Source: Octopus bimaculoides
Taxonomy: Eukaryota
NCBI RefSeq assembly: GCF_001194135.2
Contig: NC_068993.1
Span: 31,135,164-31,178,781, forward strand
Direction of reading: 5' to 3'
DNA length: 43,618 nt
Shown: positions 23,234-35,698 of the stretch, in pieces
Position numbering within the stretch: position 1 is the first letter of the stretch
How the letters are laid out: each line of letters starts with the position of its first letter
Notes under the pieces: generated by a model
The model's database searches: none
Told to the model about the DNA's origin: nothing
The model's input: the letters and a program-made list of their open reading frames with translations, nothing else
Position numbers and translations under genes: made by a program

Positions 23234-24620
23234 CAATACTAAAAACAAGATAATGGGTATCAACACTTTAGCTGTCCCAGTTATAAGCTACAGCTACAAC
23301 ATCCTTAACTGGACACTAAACGAACTATGTAAAATAGACAGGAAAACAAGAAAAATAATGACAGGATATACGATGCACCACCCAAAATCTGACATAGAAA
23401 GGCAATATATACAACGCACAGAGGGTGGCAGGGGTCTTATACAGCTAGAAAACTATTATAAAATAACCACCATAGGACTGCAAAAATACCTACTCCAGAA
23501 GCAAGGGAAACTAATACAAATAGCCACAAAACACGAGCAAAACAAAAAACTGTTTTCAGTATTTAAGGAAGNNNNNNNNNNNNNNNNNNNNNNNNNNNNN
23601 NNNNNNNNNNNNNNNNNNNNNNNNNNNNNNNNNNNNNNNNNNNNNNNNNNNNNNNNNNNNNNNNNNNNNNNNNNNNNNNNNNNNNNNNNNNNNNNNNNAA
23701 AATCCCAGCAATGGCTGAGAAGCTCAGGACTCAAAGCAGAGACTGAAGGATTTTTAATTGCTGCACAAGACCAGAGCCTCCCCACCAGAAATTACCAAAA
23801 ACACATAAAGAAAAGAAATATAACAAGTAACTGTAGAATATGTGGAGATGGACAAGAAACAATAAATCTCTGGCTGGCCAGTCCTGGCTATGAAGGAATA
23901 TATTCACAGACACGACAGAGCTGGGACCTATATACACTGGAAGCTATGCCAACACTATGGAATAACAACAGAAAAAAGATGGTATAAACACACGCCAGAA
24001 AAGGTCACAGAAAACGAGAAAGCAACCATACTCTGGGATATGCCAATACACACAGATAGAGAAATTAAGGCAAATAGACCAGATATAGTTGTCAAAGATC
24101 ATGAAGAAAAAAAATGCTTTCTAATTGATGTATCAATACCAGCAGATGACAACGTTTCTCTAAAAGAAATGGAAAAACTTTCAAAATACAAAGACCNNNN
24201 NNNNNNNNNNNNNNNNNNNNNNNNNNNNNNNNNNNNNNNNNNNNNNNNNNNNNNNNNNNNNNNNNNNNNNNNNNNNNNNNNNNNNNNNNNNNNNNNNNNN
24301 NNNNNNNNNNNNNNNNNNNNNNNNNNNNNNNNNNNNNNNNNNNNNNNNNNNNNNNNNNNNNNNNNNNNNNNNNNNNNNNNNNNNNNNNNNNNNNNNNNNN
24401 NNNNNNNNNNNNNNNNNNNNNNNNNNNNNNNNNNNNNNNNNNNNNNNNNNNNNNNNNNNNNNNNNNNNNNNNCCCTACTGGGTACTGCACACATTCTACG
24501 CAAAACACTTTCAATACAGTAAAGATAAGAGCACCACAGCAAACCACAGCACATACCCAAGGCGCACAGAGCTGCGCTCGGTAGTGAAGTGAAAGCACGT
24601 TATAAAAATAAAACTACTGA
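23232..24620 (+). mobile_element. R4/Dong-clade 5'-truncated copy D (young; open frames apart from gaps and one frameshift), intact RLE motif
   Basis: ORFs 23253..23987 and 23890..24522: HHPKSDIERQY..GGRGL, AAQDQSL, CRICGD, HDRAGTYIHW, ILWDMPIHTD...ANRPDIVVKD...LIDVSIP...KEMEKLSKYKD, LLGTAHILRK*; 3' UTR 24523-24620. Confidence 0.95.
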
Positions 24621-24625
24621 ACAAC

Positions 24626-24705
<80 letters not shown>

Positions 24706-24712
24706 TAATATT
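24621..24712. repeat. (AAT)n tail of copy D
   Basis: Direct reading. Confidence 0.98.
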
Positions 24713-24715
24713 GGA

Positions 24716-25800
24716 GGATTAATTAAATAACCGAATCTATTCCACTGCAAAAGTTGTAACTGCTAAACTAAGTATCAGGACGACACGGAAAAGGACCAAC
24801 CATGTCAACAAACTTCCTAAGTGGAAAGTAGCAATACAAAAAGAGATCGAATCTCTGCAGACGGATGTATCAGTTCTCGATGAACGTGTTAGAGAAGTAA
24901 ATGTTAAGACTAAAAAAGCTAGAAAAATGAAGCAAAAATATAAGACCAAAGATTTTATAAACCTCCTTGCAACCAAGGAACTAGTGAAACAACGAATACA
25001 GCTGAAACCTCAACGGCTTTGAAGGTATGATAAAAGAATCAAATCTTATCGACAAAACAAGGTATTCATGACTGATGCAAAGAAATTTCATTGGGAATTT
25101 GGCAAAAGTAAAGTAGCCACCTAAGACTGAGGAAATCGAAGAGTTCTGGACTATAATACTGAAGCTGACTGGATAGAGTGTGAGAAAAGGAGACTGGATG
25201 AAGTTGAAGAGCAGGAAATGGGAGGCAACAGAAATAGAAGAGTTACGATTTATTCTTAGGAAATCTCACAAATGGAAAATCCCAGGACTGGGCCGAAATC
25301 CTAACCTCTGGCTGAATTGTTTGACAGAAGTACACCAAAATCTCGCTACATCTCTAACTGATGTCACCCAGAACCCAGTGCAATTACATACATTCTTTCA
25401 AAACCTGAGCACACACAGAATCCAAAGAACTACCTACCAATACCATGTCACAACACGACCTTCAACATCCTCACATCCATATTAACGGAAAGAATATACG
25501 GTTTCCGTGAGCAGAAGTATATCCTTCTACAAGCTCCAGAATGCTGTAAAAGAATTCTTATGGGTGCAAAGATCAATTACTCATAAGTACAATGATTGTA
25601 AAGAATTGCCAGAGCAAAAGGAAGCTATGCATGGCATGGATAGACTACAGGAAGACGTTTCTTAGTGCCCCACACAATTGGCTACTTAAGGCCCTTGGAA
25701 TGTATAAGATCTCTCCTGTGATCTCCAAGTTTTTACAAGGTAGCATGGCCAAGTGGAACACAGTCTCCTTCTAAACCATAGTAATAGGATATGACACATA
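24716..25800 (+). mobile_element. R4/Dong-clade fragment E (N-terminal region to mid-RT; 5'- and 3'-truncated)
   Basis: QNKVFMTDAKKFH, HKWKIPGLGRNPNLWL, CMAWIDYRKTFLSAPHNWL; diverged paralogue of 26003-26960. Confidence 0.88.
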
Positions 25801-28051
25801 ATTTGAGGTGAATCATAGAGAGATCACAGAAGCAAAAGAAGATATTATGAGCGAACACAGCAAGACTGAGTCTACAGACATGATTAATAGAGAATTGCTA
25901 CCAAAGTCCTCAAACAGCATAAAAAACAACATAATCATGATATATAATGTTGCTCTTAAAAGATTTCAGGAAATAACGGAAATAACCTAATAACATTAAA
26001 TCAACCCATCTATTCCACTGCAAAAGTTGTAACTGCTCAACTAGGTATCAGGACGACGCGGAAAAGTACAAACCATGTCAATAGACCTCCTTAAGGGAAA
26101 GTAGCAATACAAATCGAGATCGAATCTCTTTGGGTGGATGTATCAACTCTCAATGAAATTGCTAGAGGAGTAAATGTTAAGACGAAACAAGCTAGAAAAA
26201 TCAAGCTAAAATATAATATCTAAGATTTTAAAAACCTCCGTGGAACCAAGGATCAATTGAAAAAACGAATACAACTGAAAACCCAACGGCTTAGAAAGTA
26301 TGACAAAAGAATAAAATTCATAGTCAAAATAAGACGGATACAAAGAAATTTTGGCGGGAAATTGGTAAAAATAAGATAGAAATAAGGGAGCCACCTAAGA
26401 CTGAGGAAATGGAGAACTCCAGGACAAATAGAGAACCCCAGGACTGGACCGGATCCCTAATTTCTGGCTGATTAGTTTGACAGAAGTACACCAAACTTTT
26501 GCTGCGTCCCTAACTGATATCATTCAGAACTCAGAGCAAATACCTGCTTGGTTGACTGAAGGAGCCACATACTTTCTACCAAAAAATGAAGACACAAAAA
26601 TCCAAAGAACTATCGTCCAATAACATGTCTGAACGCCACCTACAAGACCATCACATCCATATTAACTGACTAAATATATGCTTCCCTTGAACAGAAGTCT
26701 ATCTTTCCACATGCCCAAAAAGGCTGTAAAAGGAGTTCATATGAGTGCAAAGATCAACTAACTCATAAGTAAAAGGATTCTGGAGAAGTGCTGGAGCAAC
26801 AAAAATAACATGAATATGGCATGGATAGACTACAGGAAAGTGTTTGATAGTAGCCCATGTAATTGGCTACTGAAGGCCCTTGAGATATATAACATCTCTC
26901 CTGTCGTCTCCAGACACTTAACAGGTAGCATGGCCAAGTGGAACACATGTCTGCTAAAACATAATAATGAGATGAGCCAATCCATCAACATCAACATCAA
27001 ACGAGGCATCTTTCAAGGTGATTCCTTCCTCTCATTACTCTTTTGCATGTCACTGATTCTACTCTCAAACGAAATGAATAACACCAAGTATAAGTTCAAA
27101 GTATATACTACGACTATAAACCATTTGTTATAGTTGGCGATCTGAAGCTGTTTGCTAGAAATGATGAAGAGCTAGTAGGTTTGCTAACAACTATTAAAGA
27201 GTTCAGCAATGACATCAAGATGGATTTTGGCATTGATAAGTGTGCTAAAGCAATTTTTGTAAGAGGCAAGCTCAGGCAAATAGCTTCCATTAAATTAAAT
27301 ACCGACGCTACCATCAAGGAGCTTGACCCACAAGGAAGTTAGACCAAGTCAAAACCCATCAGTGGCTGACGAATTCAGGATTGAAAGCAGAGATTGAAGT
27401 TTTCATATTGGCAGCACAAGAACAAAGATTGCTTGCCAAAAACTACCAGGCTAACGTTCTTCAAAAAGGTTCTGAACCTAAATGCAGATTCTGCGGCGAC
27501 ACATTTGACGAAACAATAGACCATCTCGTCTCAGGATGTCCTGAGCTGACTCCAAACGAATGCAAATTTCGGTACGATAGAGTAGGAGAGTATTTACGTT
27601 GGAAAACATGTAAACACCACAAAATCAGCACTCCTGTTAACTGGTATGAAAATCATTCTGAGCCAGTTGCTGAAGGTACAAGTGTCACTATCCTCTGAAA
27701 TTGTCCAGTCAACACCGACGGAAAGGTTAATGCTAATGAACTAGAAATAATTATTGAAAATAGGGAATAAAATACTTGTAGACTAAGAGATATAAGTGTT
27801 TCCATTGATAAAAATATATCTGCAAAAGTATTTGACAAATTAAGTAAATATAAGGACCTGAAGACTGAAATACAAAAGATGTGGCATCTTAATGCGAGAA
27901 CTGTGCTTCTTAATGTAGGTGCTCTTAGTATGAAATATCACTACTAGGCACTGCACACATACGTAAAACACTTTCAATACAGTAACAGTAACAAACCACA
28001 GCACATACCAAAAGCACACAGCGATGTGCTCGGTAGTGCAGTGAAAGCACG

Positions 28052-28053
<2 letters not shown>
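25801..28053 (+). mobile_element. R4/Dong-clade copy F (same subfamily as E), decayed RT, post-RT deletion, CCHC, RLE, 3' UTR
   Basis: AWIDYRKVFDS, RGIFQGDSFLSLLFC, FGIDKCAK, then a jump at ~27336 to QWLTNSGLKAE..AAQEQ, CRFCGD..ETIDHLVSGC, KLSKYKDLKTEIQKMW; 3' UTR 27985-28053 homologous to that of D and B. Confidence 0.92.
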
Positions 28054-28124
<71 letters not shown>

Positions 28125-28152
28125 CAATAATAATGATAATAATAATGATTAT
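28054..28152. repeat. (AAT)n tail of copy F
   Basis: Direct reading. Confidence 0.98.
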
Positions 28153-28947
28153 TAAGGGAAAACTGAATCACTTTGGGAATACTTGATGCAGATGGAATTA
28201 AACACAACGATATGAAAGAAAAGACAAAGAGAGAGTATATGCGGCGAGTGATAAAACTATTGGCTTCAAAGCTGAATGCACGAAACATATTTTAGTCAAT
28301 AAACTTACACGCTCGAATCCTGAAGTGAACAAAGGAAAGGCTAAAGGAAATGAACAGGTAGTCAAGAAATCTCCTAACGATTCATGGCTCCCATCATCCG
28401 CGTGCAGACACTGATCGCCTATACATGAAGAGAGCACCTGGAGGGAGAGGACTGATATGTGTGGAAGACTGTGTACGTATCGAACTCGAGAGCTTATTGA
28501 GATACCTAGCCTAAAATAAGGAAATCCTGGTAGTACCAGTTAACAATGAGGGAGTATCGAAAGCAGAGAAAAAAAGATGAAAAACGTAGGAAGGTGTACA
28601 AAAAGGATACGGGAAGAATTACGCAAGAAGGGAATACACAGTCAATTCCAAAACAGAAGTTGCTGGAAAAAATAGGTGGAAGCGGCTGAAGGAACAGTAA
28701 AAGAAGAGCCCGAAACCACTAAAATAGCAGCCGAAGACCAAGCTTTGGCCACAAACTGCTGGACGGTCAACCTTAGCTAGGAGCAATTGTCTCGTCTGTG
28801 CCGCATCTGTAATAGGGTGGATGGAACAGTTGCACATATCACGAACGAATGCCCTAGACTTGCCCAAAACCAGTACAAGTCGTGGTGGCATGTTCAGGTA
28901 GCGAAAGTGCTATATTAGAAACTTGTGAAAAAGTGGGGGCTAGAGAC
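28153..28947 (+). mobile_element. R4/Dong-clade copy G, 5' half (third subfamily), interrupted by Gypsy insertion
   Basis: LGILDADGIKHNDMKEKTKREYMRRV, HHPRADTDRLYMKRAPGGRGLICVEDCV, AAEDQALATNC, HITNECPRLAQNQYK, KLVKKWGLE. Confidence 0.88.
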
Positions 28948-29129
28948 AGTTTTATATCCTGCCACAGTTTGTTAGAGATAAACTATGCAGCGAAGGTTAA
29001 ATCAATGTGTTCACACGACGTACTTCGCAAGACTACCAAAACGCTCTCTCTCGACACTACTGACCTCTATTCTTTATAAGATTTCGGCTAGTCAATTCTC
29101 CAGGTGTGTCAATGACACTCACCACAACA
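28948..29129 (-). repeat. 3' LTR of Gypsy element (~180 bp)
   Basis: On the minus strand begins TGTTGTGG immediately after the polypurine tract AAAAGGGGAGA (+29130-29140); first ~95 nt homologous to 30566-30669. Confidence 0.8.
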
Positions 29130-30479
29130 TCTCCCCTTTTGAGAGTAGATTTCGTCGGAAGTTAATATTATTGTTTTTACTTATTTATTTATTTTTCTTT
29201 CATCTCATCTCGCTTTTTGAGATTTTCCGCCTAGGGAAGTTTAATATTTCTTCCGTTTAGGCACTCCTTCCAGCCATTCTGTTTGCTTCCTCTTTCTTGT
29301 ACTGCTACGACTAGGTTTGATTTCTTGTGGCATTGGAACATCAAAGGTGTCATAGAATATTTCCATGGGTATATCTTTTCTTCTTTCGTATATTTATTCT
29401 TTAGCTGGTTTAAATGCCTTTTGTTCCCATTTTGGCCTCTTCTCATATGTCATTTTTCCTATTCTTTTTATAACTACTCTGTGTTCCCAACCTTGTCTTC
29501 CATTTTTATATATTTTGAGAAAACACCTTATCACCGATATTTAAAAACTATGTAATGTTCTTGGTGTTTTCCTTATTTGCTTTTTTACTGGTAGCAGCTT
29601 GCTGAAGACTGACTTTATTTTTCGAGCAAACATTAATTCCGCCGGCAATATGCCTGAAGAAATTTGGGTTTGGTGTTATCCTATAAAACCTGAAGAAGTG
29701 CGTCAGTGCTGCGTCAACGACTAGCACGTTTCTTGATTTCTTTAATGCTCTTTTAAATGTATCCACGAACCTTTCCTCTTGTCCGTTAGAAGATACGGTG
29801 GTACAGAGGTCTAATAATATGTTCAAGTGTGTACATCTTGCAAAAGTTCATGAATTCATTCGCCGTGAATTGTGTACCGTTATCGGAGACTATGTGAGCC
29901 GGAACACCATACCTAGAAAAAAGTTCTTGAGGAAATTGAACTGTTACCGTGGATGTCGGTTTGCTACATTTTCACATACCTGGTCGTTTTGTATAGCAAT
30001 CTACCACTATTAGATAACATGATCAGTTTAACGATCCTGCGAAATCTGTGTGTATTCTAGACCATGGACTATCGGTTTTGGGCCAAGGTTGAAATTTTAT
30101 AGGCGGTGACCTCGCTGCAAGAGCACATCATCTGCAGGATTTTACCAACTACTCGATATCTAGATCCATTTTTGGCCAGTAAACATAACACCTCATAAAG
30201 GATTTCATTCTAGAAACTCCTGGATGTCCAGTGTGGAATATCTTTAACATTCGACCTTATACTGAGGTAGGCATTATGACCCTCACCTCTGTATACTTAA
30301 TAACATTATCAAATATCGAATACAAATTCGAAACCGGGTTACCTCCAGTCACACGTATTTTTTTTTATTTGTTTCTTCTGATTTCATTATTTCTTTCATT
30401 TTTATGATAATTTCATCTGTCTCTGCCTTAATTTTTATTTCCTTATGTCACAGGCAATTCACGTACAACAACAAAGGTT

Positions 30480-30670
30480 TAACAGTTCTGACAAAAGGCA
30501 ACCGCTCTAGGGAGAACCTTCAACAAAGGACAACCTATCCACAACGATAATAATTCAACACTCAACTACCAAAACGCTCTCTCTCGACTACTACCAACCT
30601 CTACTCCTTATAAGAGTTCGGCAAGTCCATTCTCCAATCTGCCAGGAGTGTCAATGACTCTCGCCACAAG
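30480..30670 (-). repeat. 5' LTR-like segment of the Gypsy element
   Basis: Minus strand TGTGGCGAGAGTCATTGACAC...GTCGAGAGAGAGCGTTTTGGTAGT matches the 3' LTR; remainder is dissimilar; inner boundary approximate. Confidence 0.65.
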
Positions 30671-31180
30671 GAGAAAAGACGTAGTAGGAGCACAAACCGC
30701 AGAGAGTGGCGGAGTCGAACATTACCAAAATCCCTAGGAATTTCCTAATTCAAACAGATCAGGTGCTAGAGCATAACAGACCGAATCTAGTGGTGGTCGA
30801 GAAGATGCACCCCATGTGCTACATAATTGAAGTTGAATGCACCTTTAACTCAAGGATAGTCAAGAAGGAAGGCGAACAAATAGATAAACACAACCCTCTT
30901 AGGTACGAAGTAGCCTGCTATGAAAAATGAAGAAGGTTAAGATAGTGGCAATTATTGTTGGATCCTAGGGAACAGTATCAGAAGGCATCAAGCGGAATAT
31001 AAAGGAAATAGAGTGCACAGTAGAACTGTTACAAAAGTTTTGCCTCCTTGGCACGGCCAGATTAATCAAGAAAGTATTAGATAGCTGAAAAACGGATAGC
31101 ACGGTACCCTAGGCTACAAGTAGCAAGACCGCTACGCATGCAAGACTCCAGAAATTCCAATAAAACCTGTGATAAAAATA
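30671..31180 (+). mobile_element. R4/Dong-clade copy G, 3' half (RLE + 3' UTR)
   Basis: EHKPQRVAESNITKI..FLIQTDQVLEHNRPNLVVV...IIEVEC, IVAIIVGS, LQKFCLLGTARLIKKVLDS*; continues the protein from where the 5' half stops. Confidence 0.9.
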
Positions 31181-31184
31181 AATA

Positions 31185-31254
<70 letters not shown>
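31181..31254. repeat. (AAT)n tail of copy G
   Basis: Direct reading. Confidence 0.98.
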
Positions 31255-31257
<3 letters not shown>

Positions 31258-31520
31258 TATACCCATAAGGAGAGGAGTTTTCCAGGGAAATTCACTGTCA
31301 CCCCGGCTTTTCTGCTTTTCACTGACCCCACTGACAAACTTGTTAAACAAAACCGCCATTGGTTATAGGTGCTAGGCACAAAAAATAGGCCACCTCCTGT
31401 ACATGGATGACCTAAAACGTTTCGCTAAAAGCACCATGGAAGAGAGAAACTTTATCAAAATTGTCTAGTTTCAGCAATGATATCGGAATGAGTATGGGAC
31501 TGTACAAATGTGCGAGAAGC
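31255..31520 (+). mobile_element. R4/Dong-clade RT fragment H
   Basis: IPIRRGVFQGNSLSPRLFCFSLTPL, IGHLLYMDDLKRFAK, FSNDIGMSMGLYKCA; ends at (CA)n and a gap. Confidence 0.9.
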
Positions 31521-32774
31521 GACAAATTATACGTACACACACACACACANNNNNNNNNNNNNNNNNNNNNNNNNNNNNNNNNNNNNNNNNNNNNNNNNNN
31601 NNNNNNNNNNNNNNNNNNNNNNNNNNNNNNNNNNNNNNNNNNNNNNNNNNNNNNNNNNNNNNNNNNNNNNNNNNNNNNNNNNNNNNNNNNNNNNNNNNNN
31701 NNNNNNNNNNNNNNNNNNNNNNNNNNNNNNATACCAAAAATAAGCACAAACGTTGATATCAGCTATTATAGAGAACTAATCACTGTAGAGAATACAGAAT
31801 CCTCGCCCTTCCAATCAACTTGAATACTTCCATTTACACTATAATCACCGTTTACTTTGTTGTTTATTTTGCATCTGATATATTACATTTAGAATCTGAT
31901 ATACGAATATTGTAGAAAAATAACAAGTCATAAGGCATTCATTTATTATTACATTCATGTGCGCATTCAGTACATCCTGGCTTTCTCTTTAACTCTTAGA
32001 CATATACATACACATATACACATGCATATGCTTATAGATATATGTGTGTGTCTGTGTGTGTGCATGTGTGTGAGAGTCTGTGTGTGTGCGTACGTGTGCT
32101 TTCTCACATGTATATTTTTAGATACGTATATACACGTGTATATGTGCCTGTGTGCTAGATGAATTTCTATTCAATCGCTATACATCAAGTATTTTTATCA
32201 AATCAAACTCTACTTCAACTTTTTTCCTGTTCCACAGATTAAATTACTATAGCTTTGCCTACCAAATGCATAATGTTTACCTAGCTTTATTAACTAAACG
32301 CTTAATACATTCAAGATAATCTATGAAACTATGGGAACAATGGATGCACTAAACCAACAGGCAATAGATATTCCACTATATTAACATCGTACAAAGGTTT
32401 TCCATTTGAAATGTTTTCTATGAGCGTATATAAAATAATATCACTAGACACATATCCACGTCGACAATCTGTAAAAGGTACAATAGCTTCCGCCTGAATC
32501 AACTGCCTTTATGCTTATGCTTAATAATGTGGTCTCTAATATTTCAACACTTCGCTTTTTATTTTACTCATGCTTTTCTTTGGTTACGTTTTTATATGCA
32601 CGAGAGTGCTCTACAGTTCCGAGACATCCAGTTTCAAACTGAGTATCATCCAAGCTTCAGATCTCTGTACATTGTCGTTGGCGTTTGTTACAAAATTTGA
32701 TACTTTGATATGCTATTTCCATTTTAACTATAAAAGTATGTCATTAAACCAAATTTTTGGCGTCTGGTTCTCAC

Positions 32775-32803
32775 CACCACTGCTGCTTCTGCGGCTACTG
32801 CTT

Positions 32804-32861
<58 letters not shown>

Positions 32862-32945
32862 CACTATCACTACTACTGCTGTTTCAGTTGCTGCTACTAT
32901 TACTGCAATTACCACTACTACGATTGCTGCTGCCGCTATTCCACT
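32775..32945. repeat. (CTA)n microsatellite with degenerate CTG/CCA flanks
   Basis: Direct reading. Confidence 0.95.
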
Positions 32946-33882
32946 AACAGTTGAAAGATGCATTCATTTATTTCAGCAGTTAAATTACTAATGTGATAGC
33001 ATCGTGCACATAGTGATTTACACCTCACTGAACCTTGCACTCAAAAAACGTAAACTTTTGCTCTATTTAAGACTATCGTGTATGTATATATATATTTATA
33101 TATATATATATATATNNNNNNNNNNNNNNNNNNNNNNNNNNNNNNNNNNNNNNNNNNNNNNNNNNNNNNNNNNNNNNNNNNNNNNNNNNNNNNNNNNNNN
33201 NNNNNNNNNNNNNNNNNNNNNNNNNNNNNNNNNNNNNNNNNNNNNNNNNNNNNNNNNNNNNNNNNNNNNNNNNNNNNNNNNNNNNNNNNNNNNNNNNNNN
33301 NNNNNNNNNNNNNNNNNNNNNNNNNNNNNNNNNNNNNNNNNNNNNNNNNNNNNNNNNNNNNNNNNNNNNNNNNNNNNNNNNNNNNNNNNNNNNNNNNNNN
33401 NNNNNNNNNNNNNNNNNNNNNNNNNNNNNNNNNNNNNNNNNNNNNNNNNNNNNNNNNNNNNNNNNNNNNNNNNNNNNNNNNNNNNNNNNNNNNNNNNNNN
33501 NNNNNNNNNNNNNNNNNNNNNNNNNNNNNNNNNNNNNNNNNNNNNNNNNNNNNNNNNNNNNNNNNNNNNNNNNNNNNNNNNNNNNNNNNNNNNNNNNNNN
33601 NNNNNNNNNNNNNNNNNNNNNNNNNNNNNNNNNNNNNNNNNNNNNNNNNNNNNNNNNNNNNNNNNNNNNNNNNNNNNNNNNNNNNNNNNNNNNNNNNNNN
33701 NNNNNNNNNNNNNNNNNNNNNNNNNNNNNNNNNNNNNNNNNNNNNNNNNNNNNNNNNNNNNNNNNNNNNNNNNNNNNNNNNNNATATATATATATATAAA
33801 TACATATATATACACACATACATACAAATACAACACACATACATATATACATAGACATGTACATATACATACATATACACAC

Positions 33883-33934
<52 letters not shown>

Positions 33935-34433
33935 TTATATGCACTCATCCATATATGCATAATTGCACATACATAAACATACATGAGACATCATGCTGTA
34001 CTTCATCACATCTTGAGATCATTTATACCAACGAAATGTACTTCTTATGATATGCGTACATTTCAGAGCATTATTCTTTACTTTATTAATCAATTTATCC
34101 TTAGAGAAGAGTATGTGGTATAGTTCCACGGTACAGAGCGAACAATACTTTCTTCCTCTCTCATATGGCATTGATCTAGCTNNNNNNNNNNNNNNNNNNN
34201 NNNNNNNNNNNNNNNNNNNNNNNNNNNNNNNNNNNNNNNNNNNNNNNNNNNNNNNNNNNNNNNNNNNNNNNNNNNNNNNNNNNNNNNNNNNNNNNNNNNN
34301 NNNNNNNNNNNNNNNNNNNNNNNNNNNNNNNNNNNNNNNNNNNNNNNNNNNNNNNNNNNNNNNNNNNNNNNNNNNNNNNNNNNNNNNNNNNNNNNNTATA
34401 TATATATATATATGTATATATATATGTGTGTGC

Positions 34434-34473
<40 letters not shown>

Positions 34474-34509
34474 CGGGGGGCATTCCACATTTAGACAACT
34501 TCACTGCTA

Positions 34510-35639
34510 TGGGGACAAATGGATATTGTGTTGCGTTAATTGTCCTTGACTAATGCGAATGGATAATGTGTCCTGGTTTGGTCTCACATCAGACCTCAAA
34601 GTTGTTCTTGATATATAACTGTATATACTTGGAAGATTTTTGAGCCAGAAACCCTGGATACCATCTGGTCTAGGTACTTTCTAGTTTGTTACGTTTTTTA
34701 AATCATATCTTTTATTTTTCTTATCCGTGACTGTTATATTTTCTTGTGTCAACTCAACTTCTATTTCTCTTTTAAAATCCTACAACCCTTCTGCTTTTAT
34801 TTTATGTTGGATATGTTTGCTTCAGATTTCTGACCATATCATTCCACTGATTCTCCTGCTTATTGTTCAGTTTGTTAATAAAAGTTTCTTTCATTGTTCT
34901 TGAAGAGTCTGTTCTACTGGTACTGATATGTGCTCTGGCGATATTTTTTTTCACATGACACTGCTTTAATTTCTTATATTATTTCTTGTTGAAGTCTTTT
35001 GTGTTTTCCTTTGTAGTTTGTCCCTGTGTCTTCCCCTCACCTTCTTTTCTGTGATTGCATATATCCATTTAAGGCCTCCCTTGAGCTATTCAATTTGGTT
35101 TTCAATTATTCATTCTCACGTTGAGGATTTACCTCTCTTTCACTTTGTCTATTATTCCGAAGAGATTGGCCAGCGACAGAGGCTCCACACTATATAATGT
35201 AGTTTACATCTGTTATATCTTCGTTATAGACTTTTGTGAACCGTTCGACTATCTTTATATAGATTTCCTCTTTCGCTCGTCTCAGAGCAGGTAACCATTC
35301 TCTCTCTCAATTTCGCACCTGCTGCAGGTTTAGTAGCAAGCTTTCTCAGCAGCAGTCTTTCCCCCGACAAACTAAAATTTACATTCACCGAGCAGCTATT
35401 TCTTTTGTGGAGATTTATTGATTCCTCTACTATTCCCAGTTCTTGTTATGCTTTTTGTTTTTCGTGCTCGGCGTAATCACGTTCATAATCTTTCACTATT
35501 GTGGAGGGATCTTCCAGTCACAACTGATATAACCAGTGCATTTTGAGGATTAATTTTTGTGGTCAAGAAATCTTTGCAACGTCGCAGGGAATATGTCTTT
35601 CACTGTCGAAATGCCTTTTTTTTCTGGTATCCAACTTTA
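34510..35639 (-). mobile_element. R4/Dong-clade N-terminal fragment I, heavily decayed
   Basis: Minus strand: QYQ*NRLFKNNERNFY (QNRLF motif) and N*KVPRPDGIQGFWLKNL (WKAPGPDG motif preceding RT); starts at the (AAT)n tract 35640-35698. Confidence 0.75.
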
Positions 35640-35643
35640 ATAA

Positions 35644-35698
<55 letters not shown>
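35640..35698. repeat. (ATT)n tract; tail of copy J
   Basis: Direct reading. Confidence 0.98.

Larger units (their letters stand above)
28948..30670 (-). mobile_element. Gypsy/Ty3 LTR retrotransposon, internally deleted (integrase region only), ~1.72 kb
   Basis: Minus strand: RELPVT..EIKIKAETD, FHTGHPGVSRMKSLMRCYVYWPKMDLDIE..VKSC..C (HHCC), PWSRIHTDFAG, LIVVD, IVSDNGTQF, SNGQEERFVDTFKRALKK (DDE core), KRHLNQLK; PPT and LTRs present. Confidence 0.92.

Noticed and set aside
35100-35640. HDV-like ribozyme in the putative 5' region of R4 fragment I
   Set aside because: Could not build the nested double pseudoknot by eye
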